The notes below the pieces were generated by a model. It was given only the letters and a program-made list of their open reading frames with translations, was not told the DNA's origin and made no database searches. The position numbers were made by a program, and so were the translations under genes. A stretch of DNA of 64,000 bases from Paraspadella gotoi (taxonomy: Eukaryota; Animalia; Chaetognatha), in assembly GCA_051294375.1 (NCBI GenBank), contig CM119266.1, positions 15,931,596 to 15,995,595 on the forward strand, in the 5' to 3' direction. The first letter of the stretch is position 1. Each line of letters begins with the position of its first letter. This document shows, one piece after another, positions 1 to 13,840 of this stretch.

Positions 1-1032
1 ACCTCTTCTTCCCCTTCCGCGCCGGCTTTAAACACATTCCAGGACCTGGTTTCACGTGGAAATACCAAAGAAAAGGTAAACTTTCGTTCGGAGCTTCAGA
101 CTAGAACTCTCTATCGTTTATCCGGATTATCGGTCGTCGACACCCAGAGCTTCCACTCAAAATCTTTCGCATCCCCCTTTTTTATTTGTCTCTTTTGATG
201 TCTTTACTAACCTTCCTCCCATTTTTTTTTACCTCCCACGAACCAAAGACTTTTTTTCGAATGGTCAAAACAATAACCTTCACTCTTTGTCTCCCCCTTA
301 ATTGAACGCTTTTCGATTTCAGTGTTATCATTTATATCAAAGTATACAATTCCCGATTTAAATCGAAGTTTTATTTGTTATATTTATATTTCTGCGTTGG
401 ATCACAAAAAAGTTTGTATCACACTTTTCATTATGAATGAATCTTTGTTCACCATCGCCCCCAGCCCAGCTCTATTGAGGCAGGTGCAAGTGCCGCCTTA
501 TTGACCTCGAAAGAAGCTTTCACTTTTTTCAGGAAATTTTTTTTTAAACGCAACGTCGAGTTAAGAGTCAAAATTTAAAATCGAATCTGAGGCCGAGAGG
601 AAAAAAGAATGTTAATGAAAATGCGAGCGGTATAATAACGATAGCTAACATATAACCGTATTTCCAGAGCATTTCTCGAATTTCACGCGACAAAATTATC
701 GATGGCGATGGATAAGTCATTGAAATTTCCCACTGAAATATTAACCTTGAATCAGGGTCGGTGCAGTAAATAAAAAAAATTAATTAATCATTTATTTAAA
801 TTATTTAATTTTACAATAGAGTCCACCCGCGACCCCTTCGTCATTACTATGTGCGAAATTAACATTATTCAATTCAGTTATGTATATATGTATATGTAAG
901 TATATACTTAAAAAAAATTACTTTCTCAGACTTAAAGGTTCTAGATTCTTGATAAAAATTTGGGGCTTCGAATTTTTGAAACATTCCTTTGAATCTGATT
1001 CAACGCAAGTTCCTCATCTCTTCCTCTTTAAT

Positions 1033-1108
<76 letters not shown>

Positions 1109-1212
1109 CTCTTTTGATATCACATTCCTCACGGCCACTTTCACGTGTGAATTGGGACTCGAATCCTTTTCGTAAGATTTTCCGTCTCGTCTCTCTCTCT
1201 CTCTCTCAACTC

Positions 1213-1281
<69 letters not shown>

Positions 1282-1589
1282 GTGCTCTCTCTCCTAAGGG
1301 ATTTTTCTTCATCGACCTGGAAAATTGACCAGAAAATGATTCGTTTTCGTGGTTGGAAAAACTAAGAAAGGCTGATTGCGTCGACAAGAGGCGGAACGAT
1401 GATATCTTTAGCTTAACTCAACTGAAAAAAAATGTAATGAGTATATTTAAACGATTTAAGGTTTTAATTACTTCACTGAACGTTTCAATGATCTAGCATG
1501 ATCATGCAAGATTATAATTATTAAACAATATCTATGGTAGGAATAAATTTACTGATTGAATTATATTGCAATATTTTATCACATATTTT

Positions 1590-3581
1590 TTACGAGCATT
1601 CTTTTCGAGAATCTTCGCGAGAAATCCGACATCAAGCGCGTCGAAGTTGTCGGCCATGAAGACGTGGTCGTTGTGCCGCCACTGATGGCGTTCAACTCGT
1701 CGACGCTGACCCATTCCCGATACCCACGACGAAGATTTCCACGCCCTTCTCCCGCAGCATTTGCGTATACTTTTTAATCTTGGGCATCTCCACACTCGTA
1801 CGGTCGTCGGTCCGTCAACGAAGACGAACAGGGACTTGGCACGTCTTCTCCGACATCCGTGCCTCGTGGAGGAACTCTTTGGCGCCTTTTCCACGGCGCT
1901 TCCGGTCAGGGTGAAGCCGGGTTGCTTCTTGCTGTGGCGGATTCGAGCGACGAGCCCCTCCTTTCCCTTTGCCGAAGAATCGCGGAAGTGGATGAGCTCT
2001 TGGAACCTGTGGTTGAACTGGCGAAGGCGACCCTCCCTGTTGGGCGCCGAGGGACATCTTCTCAACACTTTGCCGATGAAGTTCTTCGCCCGTTCGTAAT
2101 TAGCGGGAGTAACGCTCGAGCTCACGTCTAGCAGGAACATGGCGTCGAGCTTCTCTGGAACTCCGGAGCTCGTGACCACGTGACGACACTTCTTCTCGCA
2201 AGTGACGCCGAGAAAGGCGCCGCTGCACTTGCAGGTGAAGGCGAGGCCGTGGGAAGACAGACACCGCCGTTCTTGCAAGGGGGCGTTGACGCAAGGATCC
2301 GCGCGAGTTCCGCAATTGGCACCCTTAAAAAAGTTTTTTCTTTCTTTGTTTCTTTCTTGTTTGTGTCTTCTTTCTTTCTTTTTCTTTCTTTATTTTTTTC
2401 TTTATTTTTTTTTATATTCTTTTTTATCTATTTCTTTATTTCTTTCCTTTTTAATACGTATTTATTCTTAAAAATGTATTATCTTTTGTTTATAATTCAT
2501 ATTATTGTTATTAATGAAGATTTTCTTTTATCTTTATTACTTTATTAATTCATCTTTGAGTAAATTTGTTTATAAATCGTTCTGAAACTTCTACCTTAAA
2601 TCCGGGCGCGCATTTGCAGGTAGCTTTAACTCCATCCCACTGACACTTCCCCAGGTTATAACATTTCATGGACTTCGTCAGGCACGGGTTCGCAACTTGG
2701 CAAGTCTTGCCAGAATAAGCTTTGCCGCATTTCGCAGCTAAGTCTTTGCCATTGGGATGGCACTTCCCGCCGTCGACACGGCTTCGAATTGCACGGATTC
2801 ACGACGCGCGTTGACAAATAAAACGCATCCTAAATGTTTGTTGGTTCGTTTTATAATATAATATACCAAATCGGCAGTATTTTTCCTCTTTTCTTTCGTC
2901 AATCAATACAAACTTGTTAGGCGCACTGGTCGTCGTTCCACCCATTGTTGGAATCGAGTTGCGTCATGCAATCTTCCGATCCGCGAAAGAGATGCCAAGG
3001 AAACCCCTCCCGTTGTCGGTCTCCCTCGATCCAGTGGCCCTGGACGGGCTACCATCCGTCTCACGTAAAAACTCGTTCACCTTCCCGCCGATCCAGAATG
3101 CGTCGCCCCATTTCGTGAATACTGGAGCCACGTGTTTGGGTCCAAAGAGGATAAAGGCGTTTTTGTAGGCAATCGTAGGTCTGCAAATGACAAGGTTTGA
3201 AGTTGGACCATTAAATAACAACTTTCGCGATCTCAATGATTTTCCTGTTTTCTAGGTAAAGCGTCTAAATCCTTTTATCAAACTTAAATTGTTAAATCGT
3301 GAAAACATTTAACGATGATCATAAGCGCAATCACCCGAATTACCTGTTAGGATTGCTCTCGATGCGTTGTTGCAAAAAACTATAGAACCTCCTGCGTGCT
3401 TGGATTGGCCAGATGCCCGCCCTCTCGCCGACATGTAGCGGCGGCTTCGTCCCAGTTCTGTCGAACCTCGTAGAACCGGAAGCAAAAGTTTCTCGGGCCG
3501 TCACATAATTGAGCGGGCATTTGGCTGCGACTTGCCCACGACAACCCCGACGAGGGCGACGACAAGCACAGGAAAATTCAT
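1590..3581 (-). pseudogene. Frameshifted mirror copy of the CTLD-EGFx3-VWA gene (pseudogene or error-containing assembly copy)
   Basis: Reverse complement of 11303..13323, with ATG at 3581 and TAA at about 1590. Many 1-bp indels split the protein across frames (ORFs 3380-, 2964-, 1532-, 1815- each carry fragments). Confidence 0.85.
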
Positions 3582-4032
3582 GTTCGCGATAGAATCTGTC
3601 TGATAGCAGCGACGGCAAAGTGGTCTGTTTTATACCTATTATCGCGAAAAACTTTGTTGACCTGTCACAATGTTTGTTCTTAGTTTTTTCCCCCCTGGCC
3701 TCCGCGCCGTCTTTCTATTTACAATAAGTGGGCCGCCTTTCTTTAAACGTCACTTAACTTTTCATTGTTTGATTTAACTATGAAAGTTTCGAAAGACAAA
3801 AGTTCGTGAAAAATCGAATTATTTCTCTGGCAGGACCGATAATTGAATCGAGATCTCTCTCATTTTTAGCGAGACAGGTAGGACTTTACGGAAACTCTTT
3901 TCGTTTTTTTTTTTTTAAATTGACTCATCGCGCGAGAGAAATTACTTTATTACCTTAAGCAGAAGCGCGTTTTATAGAGTAGAAGTTCGTGCGGGAGTTA
4001 ATTTTTTTTTCATCTCCAAACCACCTGTGGTA

Positions 4033-4138
<106 letters not shown>

Positions 4139-4780
4139 CAAATCCCTAAAGCGTAACAACTAATATGCTTCGCCTCGTTAAGATTCACGCGAATTTCTTT
4201 CCCGAAAAAATTTGGGTGATGATCGAGAAATTTGATCTAAAACCTGAGAAGAACTCGGGGAAAAGTTATTCCCCCATCCCTCCCCGCTTTTCTCGTTATG
4301 AGCCGTTAGTATAAAAAAGTTTCTTCATTTTATTATTTGATGTTCGAAAAATGAAAGGAAAAAAAGGTGACTTTAGTTGGCGAAAAATAATTTGTAGCTT
4401 TCATACTATGGAAATCTTTTACCTAAATTTAAAGTAGCGTTCGATTAGTTACAAATTTTCCGGGACATTTTGAAAGTTTCGACCTTTTAAATTTAAGTCG
4501 AACAAAAACTTATCCAAATTTCGGTTCCGACCCATCCCACAACAACAACAACATCACTACAACAACCATCGTTCTCTTATCTCGTCCAGTGAATCTCCCT
4601 CGCCGAAGTCGCGGGTAAGTCTCGAGTTTCTCACCCAGATTTTGATTCCCGTGGAGGTTAATCCATCACGAGTCAAAACATCCCCAGGTGGACGACGCGT
4701 GGGGGGGGGGAGGGGTAGAAGGGGCCGGCCGACGGTCAAGGAGGTCGAAGGTCGAGAAGGTCGAAACCTCTGGAGGATTT

Positions 4781-4858
<78 letters not shown>

Positions 4859-5880
4859 AGAGAAGATAATTGCGATCAGGTTTCAGAGGTAATAGTGGAT
4901 TAATAGGTCTTGTGCTATTTTTTATAAATATTAATATTAAAGCCAAGAGAGGCAAACCATTTGTCTATCAAATCCATCTACGGTCCATTTCTTGGATGAT
5001 ATTAACTGTATATCGATTATAATTTCTTGGATTTAAATAAATCGGAAAGAAAAAATGGAGTAATTCAATAAAAATTCTTGCAGTGTATTTGTAGTCGGGC
5101 ATTGATATCGTCTTATTGCCTCGAGAATAACGCTCATTGAGATTAGGGATAAACTTGTTTGTTAATGTAAGTCCTTCATATCCATTGACATTGTTTTAAG
5201 CAATTGATATAAATAGTAACACGATCAGAATTAGAGTTTCGATCTCGTCTTTTTTTCGATTCTGTCGCTCGGGATTCGAATTCGCTTCGAGTTCACCCGA
5301 GATTCTTATTCCGGTGATTCGGTCAGAGGCATCCCTTAGCACGAGGCCGCCCTCTCTCGAGAATATCATATGCTCCTCATCTCTCCCTCTTATCCATAAA
5401 GTTAATATTAATACATTTTAATTATAATTAATAGTTTGTAGAATATATTACAATAAAAATAAAAGGGATGATAGTGTAGCTAAAAATAGAGGGAGAGTTT
5501 GAAAGTAATTTCATTCAGATATCAAATTAAAATCTTGAAAGGAAATATTTTTTATAATGTGCCAAATTGCCAATCTTTACTGACAGAGCTGGAAAAAAAC
5601 AATTTAGTGCTGAGCACTAGGCTGGACCAGACAATTACACAGTTACACAGCTACACAATCCTACACTTTATCCACCAATTTCGCCGCTAGTCTTTTTTTT
5701 CATCCGCGTTCACTTGTTTTCATGTTTACAACCTCTTTTTTTGCTCGGAATCTTTTTTTTTTCGCTCCGCCTCAACGTCCATGGATTCTGCAGATTGCCT
5801 TGCTCCTTCTCCAGTCGTAAATACAAGAGATTATGTGATTTCACCGCGGGAACAAATGGTTACTGAAGGTAGTCCATTTT

Positions 5881-5960
<80 letters not shown>

Positions 5961-6329
5961 GCCCATCCAAGAAAAAGGAGGGGAGACCTCCTGGACAGAC
6001 AAATAGAGGCCATTGAATTGCGAAGGGAATGTGAGGATTCCAGACAATAAGGGGATGGGGAGGGGAGAGGGAAAAGAAGAAGAAAGGTGGTCAGAAAAAA
6101 GGCAGGGAGGAAGCAATAGAGGCAGGTTGGAGAAGTAAAGAGCAAGAAAAGGAAAGAAAGAAAGAAAAAAAGGGAATGAGAGGAATCGGGAAAACGCAGA
6201 AGGGGGGGGAGGTGATCATTGGATTTGGAATCTGCCTCGTTTTTTATTGTCCTGGACTCGAGGATTGAGAGAATATGGATTAAGGAGGAAACAAAGCCAT
6301 TATTGCGCTTCGGAGAAAAATCTCTCTCT

Positions 6330-6385
<56 letters not shown>

Positions 6386-6998
6386 TTCGCTTTGTTTGTA
6401 CGTCTATCTGTCTGTGTCAGTCTGTCTTTTCTTTTTCTCTATCAGTCCAACTCCCATAAACTTATTTTTGTCAAGATTATTTTCCTATCCTCACATTTTA
6501 AATTTTTCTGTCGCAGTTTTTTTTTTCAAAACTGAATTTTCTTTTGTCGCCGCAGGGGGCGCGCCGATTCCCTTTCACAGCGTCCCACCTCTCGCCAGAG
6601 AAGAACGATAACGACGACGACGACGATTAAGACGACAGCGCCCTAGCGCGATATTATTGGCCGAACCTTTGAAGCGAATCCTCTTTCTCACAATGGGCAA
6701 ACCCCACTCGCAGGCCCCAACCCTCCTCTCGAGTCCATCAACGCTCAAACCCTTTTCAATCGTCTTGACCCACCTCGTCCGCAGCCCCAACCCGCTGCCT
6801 CTCGCGACGCGGGGACGCGCATCCACGATGGAGGCGATCGGAAGGTGGATCTTTTATGGCCAGTTGCTCCTCGCTGCTCCATAGAATCGCGGCCCATGAA
6901 CACCATGAAAGAAAATCGGCCCCTATCGCCCGTGTATGGGGGTGAAAGAGAAGTAGAGATTCCAGAAACAGCGGGTGGGTGGGTTTAATGCGAGTAAG

Positions 6999-7088
<90 letters not shown>

Positions 7089-7769
7089 TAGAAAAACAAG
7101 AGAATTATTGGATATAAGTGAAATGAAATTAGAGAGATAATTCGGTACGTGCCAAACTAAACAAAAACCTCATTTTTGTTTGTTCCTTTAATCGATCGTT
7201 TTTCAGGTTTTCAAAACTGTCACTGGAAGTGGAACGGATTCTAGATATTATCTATTCTATTCTAAAGAAATCAATAAAGAGATTTATTTCGAAGAACGTG
7301 GAGGATACGTATTACGGAAATTGCTTGGAAAAACATGACGATTTTCCGATTACTTTTTCCAAAGCAGTATGATAATCGATATATCAAATATATTTCAATA
7401 CAAAAAAATATAAATCAAATAGTTTGTTCTTCATATTACTTTCTATGCCGCGAAGAAATGATAATTAAATTTATTTTGCTCCATTCCATTAAATGGTGGA
7501 AAAAGTAATCGGAAAATCGTCATGTTTTTCCAAGCAATTTCCGTAATACGTATCCTCCACGTTCTTCGAAATAAATCTCTTTATTGATTTCTTTAGAATA
7601 GAATAGATAATATCTAGAATCCGTTCCACTTCCAGTGACAGTTTTGAAAACCTGAAAAACGATCGATTAAAGGAACAAACAAAAATGAGGTTTTTGTTTA
7701 GTTTGGCACGTACCGAATTATCTCTCTAATTTCATTTCACTTATATCCAATAATTCTCTTGTTTTTCTA

Positions 7770-7860
<91 letters not shown>

Positions 7861-8478
7861 CTTACTCGCATTAAACCCACCCACCGCTGTTTTCTGGAAT
7901 CTCTACTTCTCTTTCACCCCCATACACGGGCGATAGGGGCCGATTTTCTTTCATGGTGTTCATGGGCCGCGATTCTATGGAGCAGCGAGGAGCAACTGGC
8001 CATAAAAGATCCACCTTCCGATCGCCTCCATCGTGGATGCGCGTCCCCCGCGTCGCGAGAGGCAGCGGGTTGGGGCTGCGGACGAGGTGGGTCAAGACGA
8101 TTGAAAAGGGTTTGAGCGTTGATGGACTCGAGAGGAGGGTTGGGGCCTGCGAGTGGGGTTTGCCCATTGTGAGAAAGAGGATTCGCTTCAAAGGTTCGGC
8201 CAATAATATCGCGCTCAGGGGCGCTGTCGTCTTAATCGTCGTCGTCGTCGTTATCGTTTCTTCTCTGGCGAGAGGTGGGACGCTGTGAAAGGGAATCGGC
8301 GCGCCCCCTGCGGCGACAAAAGAAAATTCAGTTTTGAAAAAAAAAAAACTGCGACAGAAAAAATTTAAAATGTGAAGGATAGGAAAATAACCTTGACAAA
8401 AATAAGTTTATGGGAGTTGGACTGATAGAGAAAAAGAAAAGACAGACTGACACAGACAGATAGACGTACAAACAAAGC

Positions 8479-8531
<53 letters not shown>

Positions 8532-8886
8532 CTCCGAAGCGCAATAATGGCTTTGTTTCCTCCTTAATCCATATTCTCTCAATCCTCGAGTCCAGGACAA
8601 TAAAAAACGAGGCAGATTCCAAATCCAATGATCACCTCTCCCCCCCCCTTCTGCGTTTTCCCGATTCCTCTCATTCCCCTTTTTTTCTTTCTTTCTTTCT
8701 TTCCTTTTCTTGCTCTTTACTTCTCCAACCTGCCTCTATTGCTTCCTCCCTGCCTTTTTTCTGACCACCTTTCTTCTTCTTTTCCCTCTCCCCCCCTTAT
8801 TGTCTGGAATCCTCACATTCCCTTCGCAATTCAATGGCCTCTATTTGTCTGTCCAGGAGGTCTCCCCTCCTTTTTCTTGGATGGGC

Positions 8887-8949
<63 letters not shown>

Positions 8950-9983
8950 AAAATGGACTACCTTCAGTAACCATTTGTTCCCGCGGTGAAATCACATAAT
9001 CTCTTGTATTTACGACTGGAGAAGGAGCAAGGCAATCTGCAGAATCCATGGACGTTGAGGCGGAGCGAAAAAAAAAAGATTCCGAGCAAAAAAAGAGGTT
9101 GTAAACATGAAAACAAGTGAACGCGGATGAAAAAAAAGACTAGCGGCGAAATTGGTGGATAAAGTGTAGGAATTGTGTAGCTGTGTAACTGTGTAATTGT
9201 CTGGTCCAGCCTAGTGCTCAGACACTAAATTGTTTTTTTCCAGCTCTGTCAGTAAAGATTGGCAATTTGGCACATTATAAAAAATATTTCCTTTCAAGAC
9301 TTATAATTTGATATCTGAATCTAAATTACTTTCAAACTCTCCCTCTATTTTTAGCTACACTATCATCCCTTTTATTTTTATTGTAATATATTCTACAAAC
9401 TATTAATTATAATTAAAATGTATTAATATTAACTTTATGGATAAGAAAGGAGAGATGAAGAGCTATGATATTCTCGAGAGAGGGCGGCCTCGTGCTAAGG
9501 GATGCCTCTGACCGAATCACCGGAATAAGAATCTCGGGTGAACTCGAAGCGAATTCGAATCCCGAGCGACAGAATCGAAAAAAAGACGAGATCGAAACTC
9601 TAATTCTGATCGTGTTACTATTTATATCAATTGCTTAAAACAATGTCAATGGATATGAAGGACTTACATTAACAAACAAAGTTTTATCCCTAATCTCAAT
9701 GAGCGTTATTCTCGAGGCAATAAGACGATATACAATGCCCGACTACAAATACACTGCAAGAATTTTTATTGAATTACTCCATTTTTTCTTTCCGATTTAT
9801 TTAAATCCAAAGAAATTATAATCGATATACAGTTAATATCATCGCAAGAAATGGACCAGTAGATGGATTTGATAGACCAAATGGTTTGCCTCTCTTGGCT
9901 TTAATATTAATATTTATAAAAAATAGCACAAGACCTATTTAATCCACTATTACCTCTGAAACCTGATCGCAATTATCTTCTCT

Positions 9984-10061
<78 letters not shown>

Positions 10062-10716
10062 AAATCCTCCAGAGGTTTCGACCTTCTCGACCTTCGACCT
10101 CCTTGACCGTCGGCCGGCCCCTTCTACCCCCTCCCCCCCCCCACGCGTCGTCCACCTGGGGATGTTTTGACTCGTGATGGATTAACCTCCACGGGAATCA
10201 AAATCTGGGTGAGAAACTCGAGACTTACCCGCGACTTCGGCGGAGGGAGATTCACTGGACGAGATAAGAGAAGCGATGGTTGTTGTAGTGATCGTTGTTG
10301 TTGTTGTGGGATGGGTCGGAACCGAAATTTGGATAAGTTTTTGTTCGACTTAAATTTAAAAGGTCGAAACTTTCAAAAATGTCCCGGAAAATTTGTAACT
10401 AATCGAACGCTACTTGAAATTTAGGATAAAAGATTTCCATAGTATGAAAGCTACAAATTATTTTTCGCCAACTAAAGTCACCTTTTTTTACCTTTCATTT
10501 TTCGAACATCAAATAAAATGAAGAAACTTTTTTTATCTAACGGCTCATAACGAGAAAAGCGGGGAGGGATGGGGGAATAACTTTTCCCCCGAGTTCTTCT
10601 CAGGTTTTAGATCAAATTTCTCGATCATCACCCACATTTTTTCGGGAAAGAAATTCGCGTGAATCTTAACGATGGCGAAGCATATTAGTTGTTACGCTTT
10701 AGGGATTTCTTGGTTG

Positions 10717-10830
<114 letters not shown>

Positions 10831-11248
10831 TCTCTCTCTCTCGTGATACCACAGGTGGTTTGGAGATGAAAAAAAAATTAACTCCCGCACGAACTTCTAC
10901 TCTATAAAACGCGCTTCTGCTTAAGGTAATAAAAGTAATTTCTCTCGCGCGATGAGTCAATTTAAAAAAAAAAAAACGAAAAGAGTTTCCGTAAAGTCCT
11001 ACCTGTCTCGCTAAAAATGAGAGTCAGATCTCGATTCAATTATCGGTCCTGCCAGAGAAATAATTCGATTTTTCACGAACTTTTGTCTTTCGAAGACTTT
11101 CATAGTTAAATCAAACAATGAAAAGTTAAGTGACGTTTAAAGAAAGGCGGCCCACTTATTGTAAATAGAAAGACGGCGCGAGGCCAGGGGGGAAAAAAAC
11201 TAAGAACAAACATTGTGACAGGTCAACAAAGTTTTTCGCGATAATAGG

Positions 11249-11286
11249 TATAAAACAGAACCACTTTGCCGTCGCTGCTATCAGAC
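11249..11286 (+). promoter_or_regulatory. Putative core promoter of the lectin-VWA gene (TATA box plus Inr-like element)
   Basis: TATAAAA at 11249-11255 and TCAGAC at 11281-11286, about 20 bp upstream of the ATG at 11303. Confidence 0.45.
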
Positions 11287-11302
11287 AGATTCTATCGCGA
11301 AC

Positions 11303-13323
11303 ATGAATTTTCCTGTGCTTGTCGTCGCCCTCGTCGGGGTTGTCGTCGGGCAAGTCGCAGCCAAATGCCCGCTCAATTATGTGACCGGCCCGAGAAACTT
11401 TTGCTTCCGGTTCTACGAGGTTCGACAGAACTGGGACGAAGCCGCCGCTACATGTCGGCGAGATGGCGGGCATCTGGCCAATCCAAGCACGCAGGAGGTC
11501 TATAGTTTTTTGCAACAACGCATCGAGAGCAATCCTAACAGGTAATTCGGGTGATTGCGCTTATGATCATCGGTTAAATGTTTCACGATTTTAACAATTT
11601 AAGTTTGATAAAAGGATTTAGACGCTTTACCTAGAAAACAGGAAAATCATTGAGATCGCGAAAGTTGTTATTGTAATGGTCCAAACTTCAAACCTTGTCA
11701 TTTGCAGACCTACGATTGCCTACAAAAACGCCTTTATCCTCTTTGGACCCAAACACGTGGCTCCAGTATTCACGAAATGGGGCGACGCATTCTGGATCGG
11801 CGGAAGGAAGGTGAACGGAGTTTTTACGTGGACGGATGGTAGCCCCGTCCAGGGCCACTGGATCGAGGGAGAGCCCGACAACGGGAGGGGTTTCCTTGGC
11901 ATCTCTTTCGCGGGATCGGAAGATTGCATGACGCAACTCGATTCCAACAATGGGTGGAACGACGACCACTGCCCTAACAAGTTTGTATTGATTAGACGAA
12001 AGAAAAGAGAAAATTACTGCCGATTTGGTATATTATATTATAAACGAACCAACAAACATTTAGGATGCGTTTTATTTGTCAACGCGGCGTCGTGAATCCC
12101 TGCAATTCGAAGCCGTGTCGGAACGGCGGGAAGTGCCATCCCAATGGCGAAGACTTCAGCTGCGAATGCGGCAAAGCTTATTCTGGCAAGACTTGCCAAG
12201 TTGCGAACCCGTGCCTGACGAAGTCCATGAAATGTTATAACCTGGGGAAGTGTCAGTGGGATGGAGTTAAAGCTACCTGCAAATGCGCGCCCGGATTTAA
12301 GGTAGAAGTTTCACGAACGATTTATAAACAAATTTACTCAAAATGAATTAATAAAGTAATAAAGGTAAAAGAAATCTTCAATAATAACAATAATCATGAA
12401 TTATAAACAAAAGATAATAAACATTTTTAAGAATAAATACGTATTAAAAAGGAAAGAAATAAAGACATAGAAAAAAATAAAGAAATATAAAAAAAATAAA
12501 GAAAAAAATAAAGAAAGAAAAAAAGAAAGAAAGAAAGACACAAACAAAGAAAGAAACAAAGAAATACATTTTTTTTAAGGGTGCCAATTGCGGAACTCGC
12601 GCGGATCCTTGCGTCAACGCCCCTTGCAAGAACGGCGGTGTCTGTTCTTCCCACGGCCTCGCCTTCACCTGCAAGTGCAGCGGCGCCTTCTCCGGCGTCA
12701 CTTGCGAGAAGAAGTGTCGTCACGTGGTCACGAGCTCCGGAGTTCCAGAGAAGCTCGACGCCATGTTCCTGCTAGACGTGAGCTCAAGCGTTACTCCCGC
12801 TAATTACGAACGGGCGAAGAACTTCATCGGCAAAGTGGTTGAGAAGATGTCCCTCGGCGCCCACAAGGGGAGGGTCGCCTTCGACCAGTTCAACCACAGG
12901 TTCCAAGAGCTCATCCACTTCCGCGATTCCTTCGGCAAAGGAAAGGAGGGGCTCGTCGCTCGAATCCGCCACAGCAAGAAGCAACCCGGCTTCACCCTGA
13001 CCGGAAGCGCCGTGGAAAAGGCCGCCAAAGAGTTCCTCCACGAGGCACGGATGTCGGAGAAGGACGTGGCCAAGTCCCTGTTCGTCTTCGTTGACGGACC
13101 GACCGACCGCTACGAGTTGGAGATGCCCAAGATTAAAAAGTATACGCAAATGCTGCGGGAGAAGGGCGTGGAAATCTTCGTCGTGGGTATCGGGAATGAG
13201 GTCAGCGTCGACGAGTTGAACGCCATCAGTGGCGGCAACGACGACCACGTCTTCATGGCCGACAACTTCGACGCGCTTGATGTCGGATTTCTCGCGAAGA
13301 TCGTCGAAAAGGAATGCTCGTGA
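11303..13323 (+). CDS. Secreted C-type lectin / 3x EGF-like / von Willebrand factor A domain protein (about 497 aa)
   Basis: Exons 11303-11541, 11708-11980, 12064-12301 and 12580-13323 join by GT-AG with consistent phases (2,2,0) into one 1494-nt frame. Signal peptide MNFPVLVVALVGVVVGQVAA. CTLD: C..CFRF..W.EA...C...GGHLA, FWIGG, EPD, EDC, WNDDHC, FICQ. Three EGF repeats (NPCNSKPCRNGGKC, NPCLTKSMKCYNLGKC, DPCVNAPCKNGGVC). VWA with MIDAS (LLDVSSS, GFTLTG, FVDG) and IFVVGIG. Confidence 0.93.
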
Positions 13324-13635
13324 AAAAATATGTGATAAAATATTGCAATATAATTCAATTCAGTAAATCTTATTCTCTACATAGATATTGTTTAATATTA
13401 TTAATCTGCATGATCATGCTAGATCATTGAAACGTTCAGTGAAGTAATTAAAACCTTAAATCGTTTAAATATACTCATTACATTTTTTTTTCAGTTGAGT
13501 TAAGCTAAAGATATCATCGCTCCGCCTCTTGTCGACGCAATCAGCCTTTCTAGTTTTTCCAACCACGAAAACGAAATCATTTTCTGGTCAATTTTCCAGG
13601 TCGATGAAGAAAAATCCCTTAGGAGAGAGAGACAC

Positions 13636-13696
<61 letters not shown>

Positions 13697-13799
13697 AGAG
13701 AGAGAGGAGAGAGAGAGAGAACGGAAAAATCTTACCGAAAAGGATTCGAGTCCCAATTCACACGTGAAAGTGGCCGTGAGGAATGTGATATCAAAGAGA

Positions 13800-13840
<41 letters not shown>

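Noticed and set aside
880-1387. ORFs rich in SLSL/ERER/FLSF here and throughout the window
   Set aside because: They are translations of (GA)n and (AAAG)n microsatellites, with no domain signal.
6575-8288. Mirrored ORFs near the palindrome centre (MAEPLKRIL..., ...GLRTRWVKT...)
   Set aside because: Duplicated only because of the palindrome. The frames differ between arms and there is no recognisable motif or splice structure.
12784-13358. Antisense ORFs over the VWA exon, and similar ones over the cadherin exon
   Set aside because: Shadow ORFs on the opposite strand of genuine coding exons.
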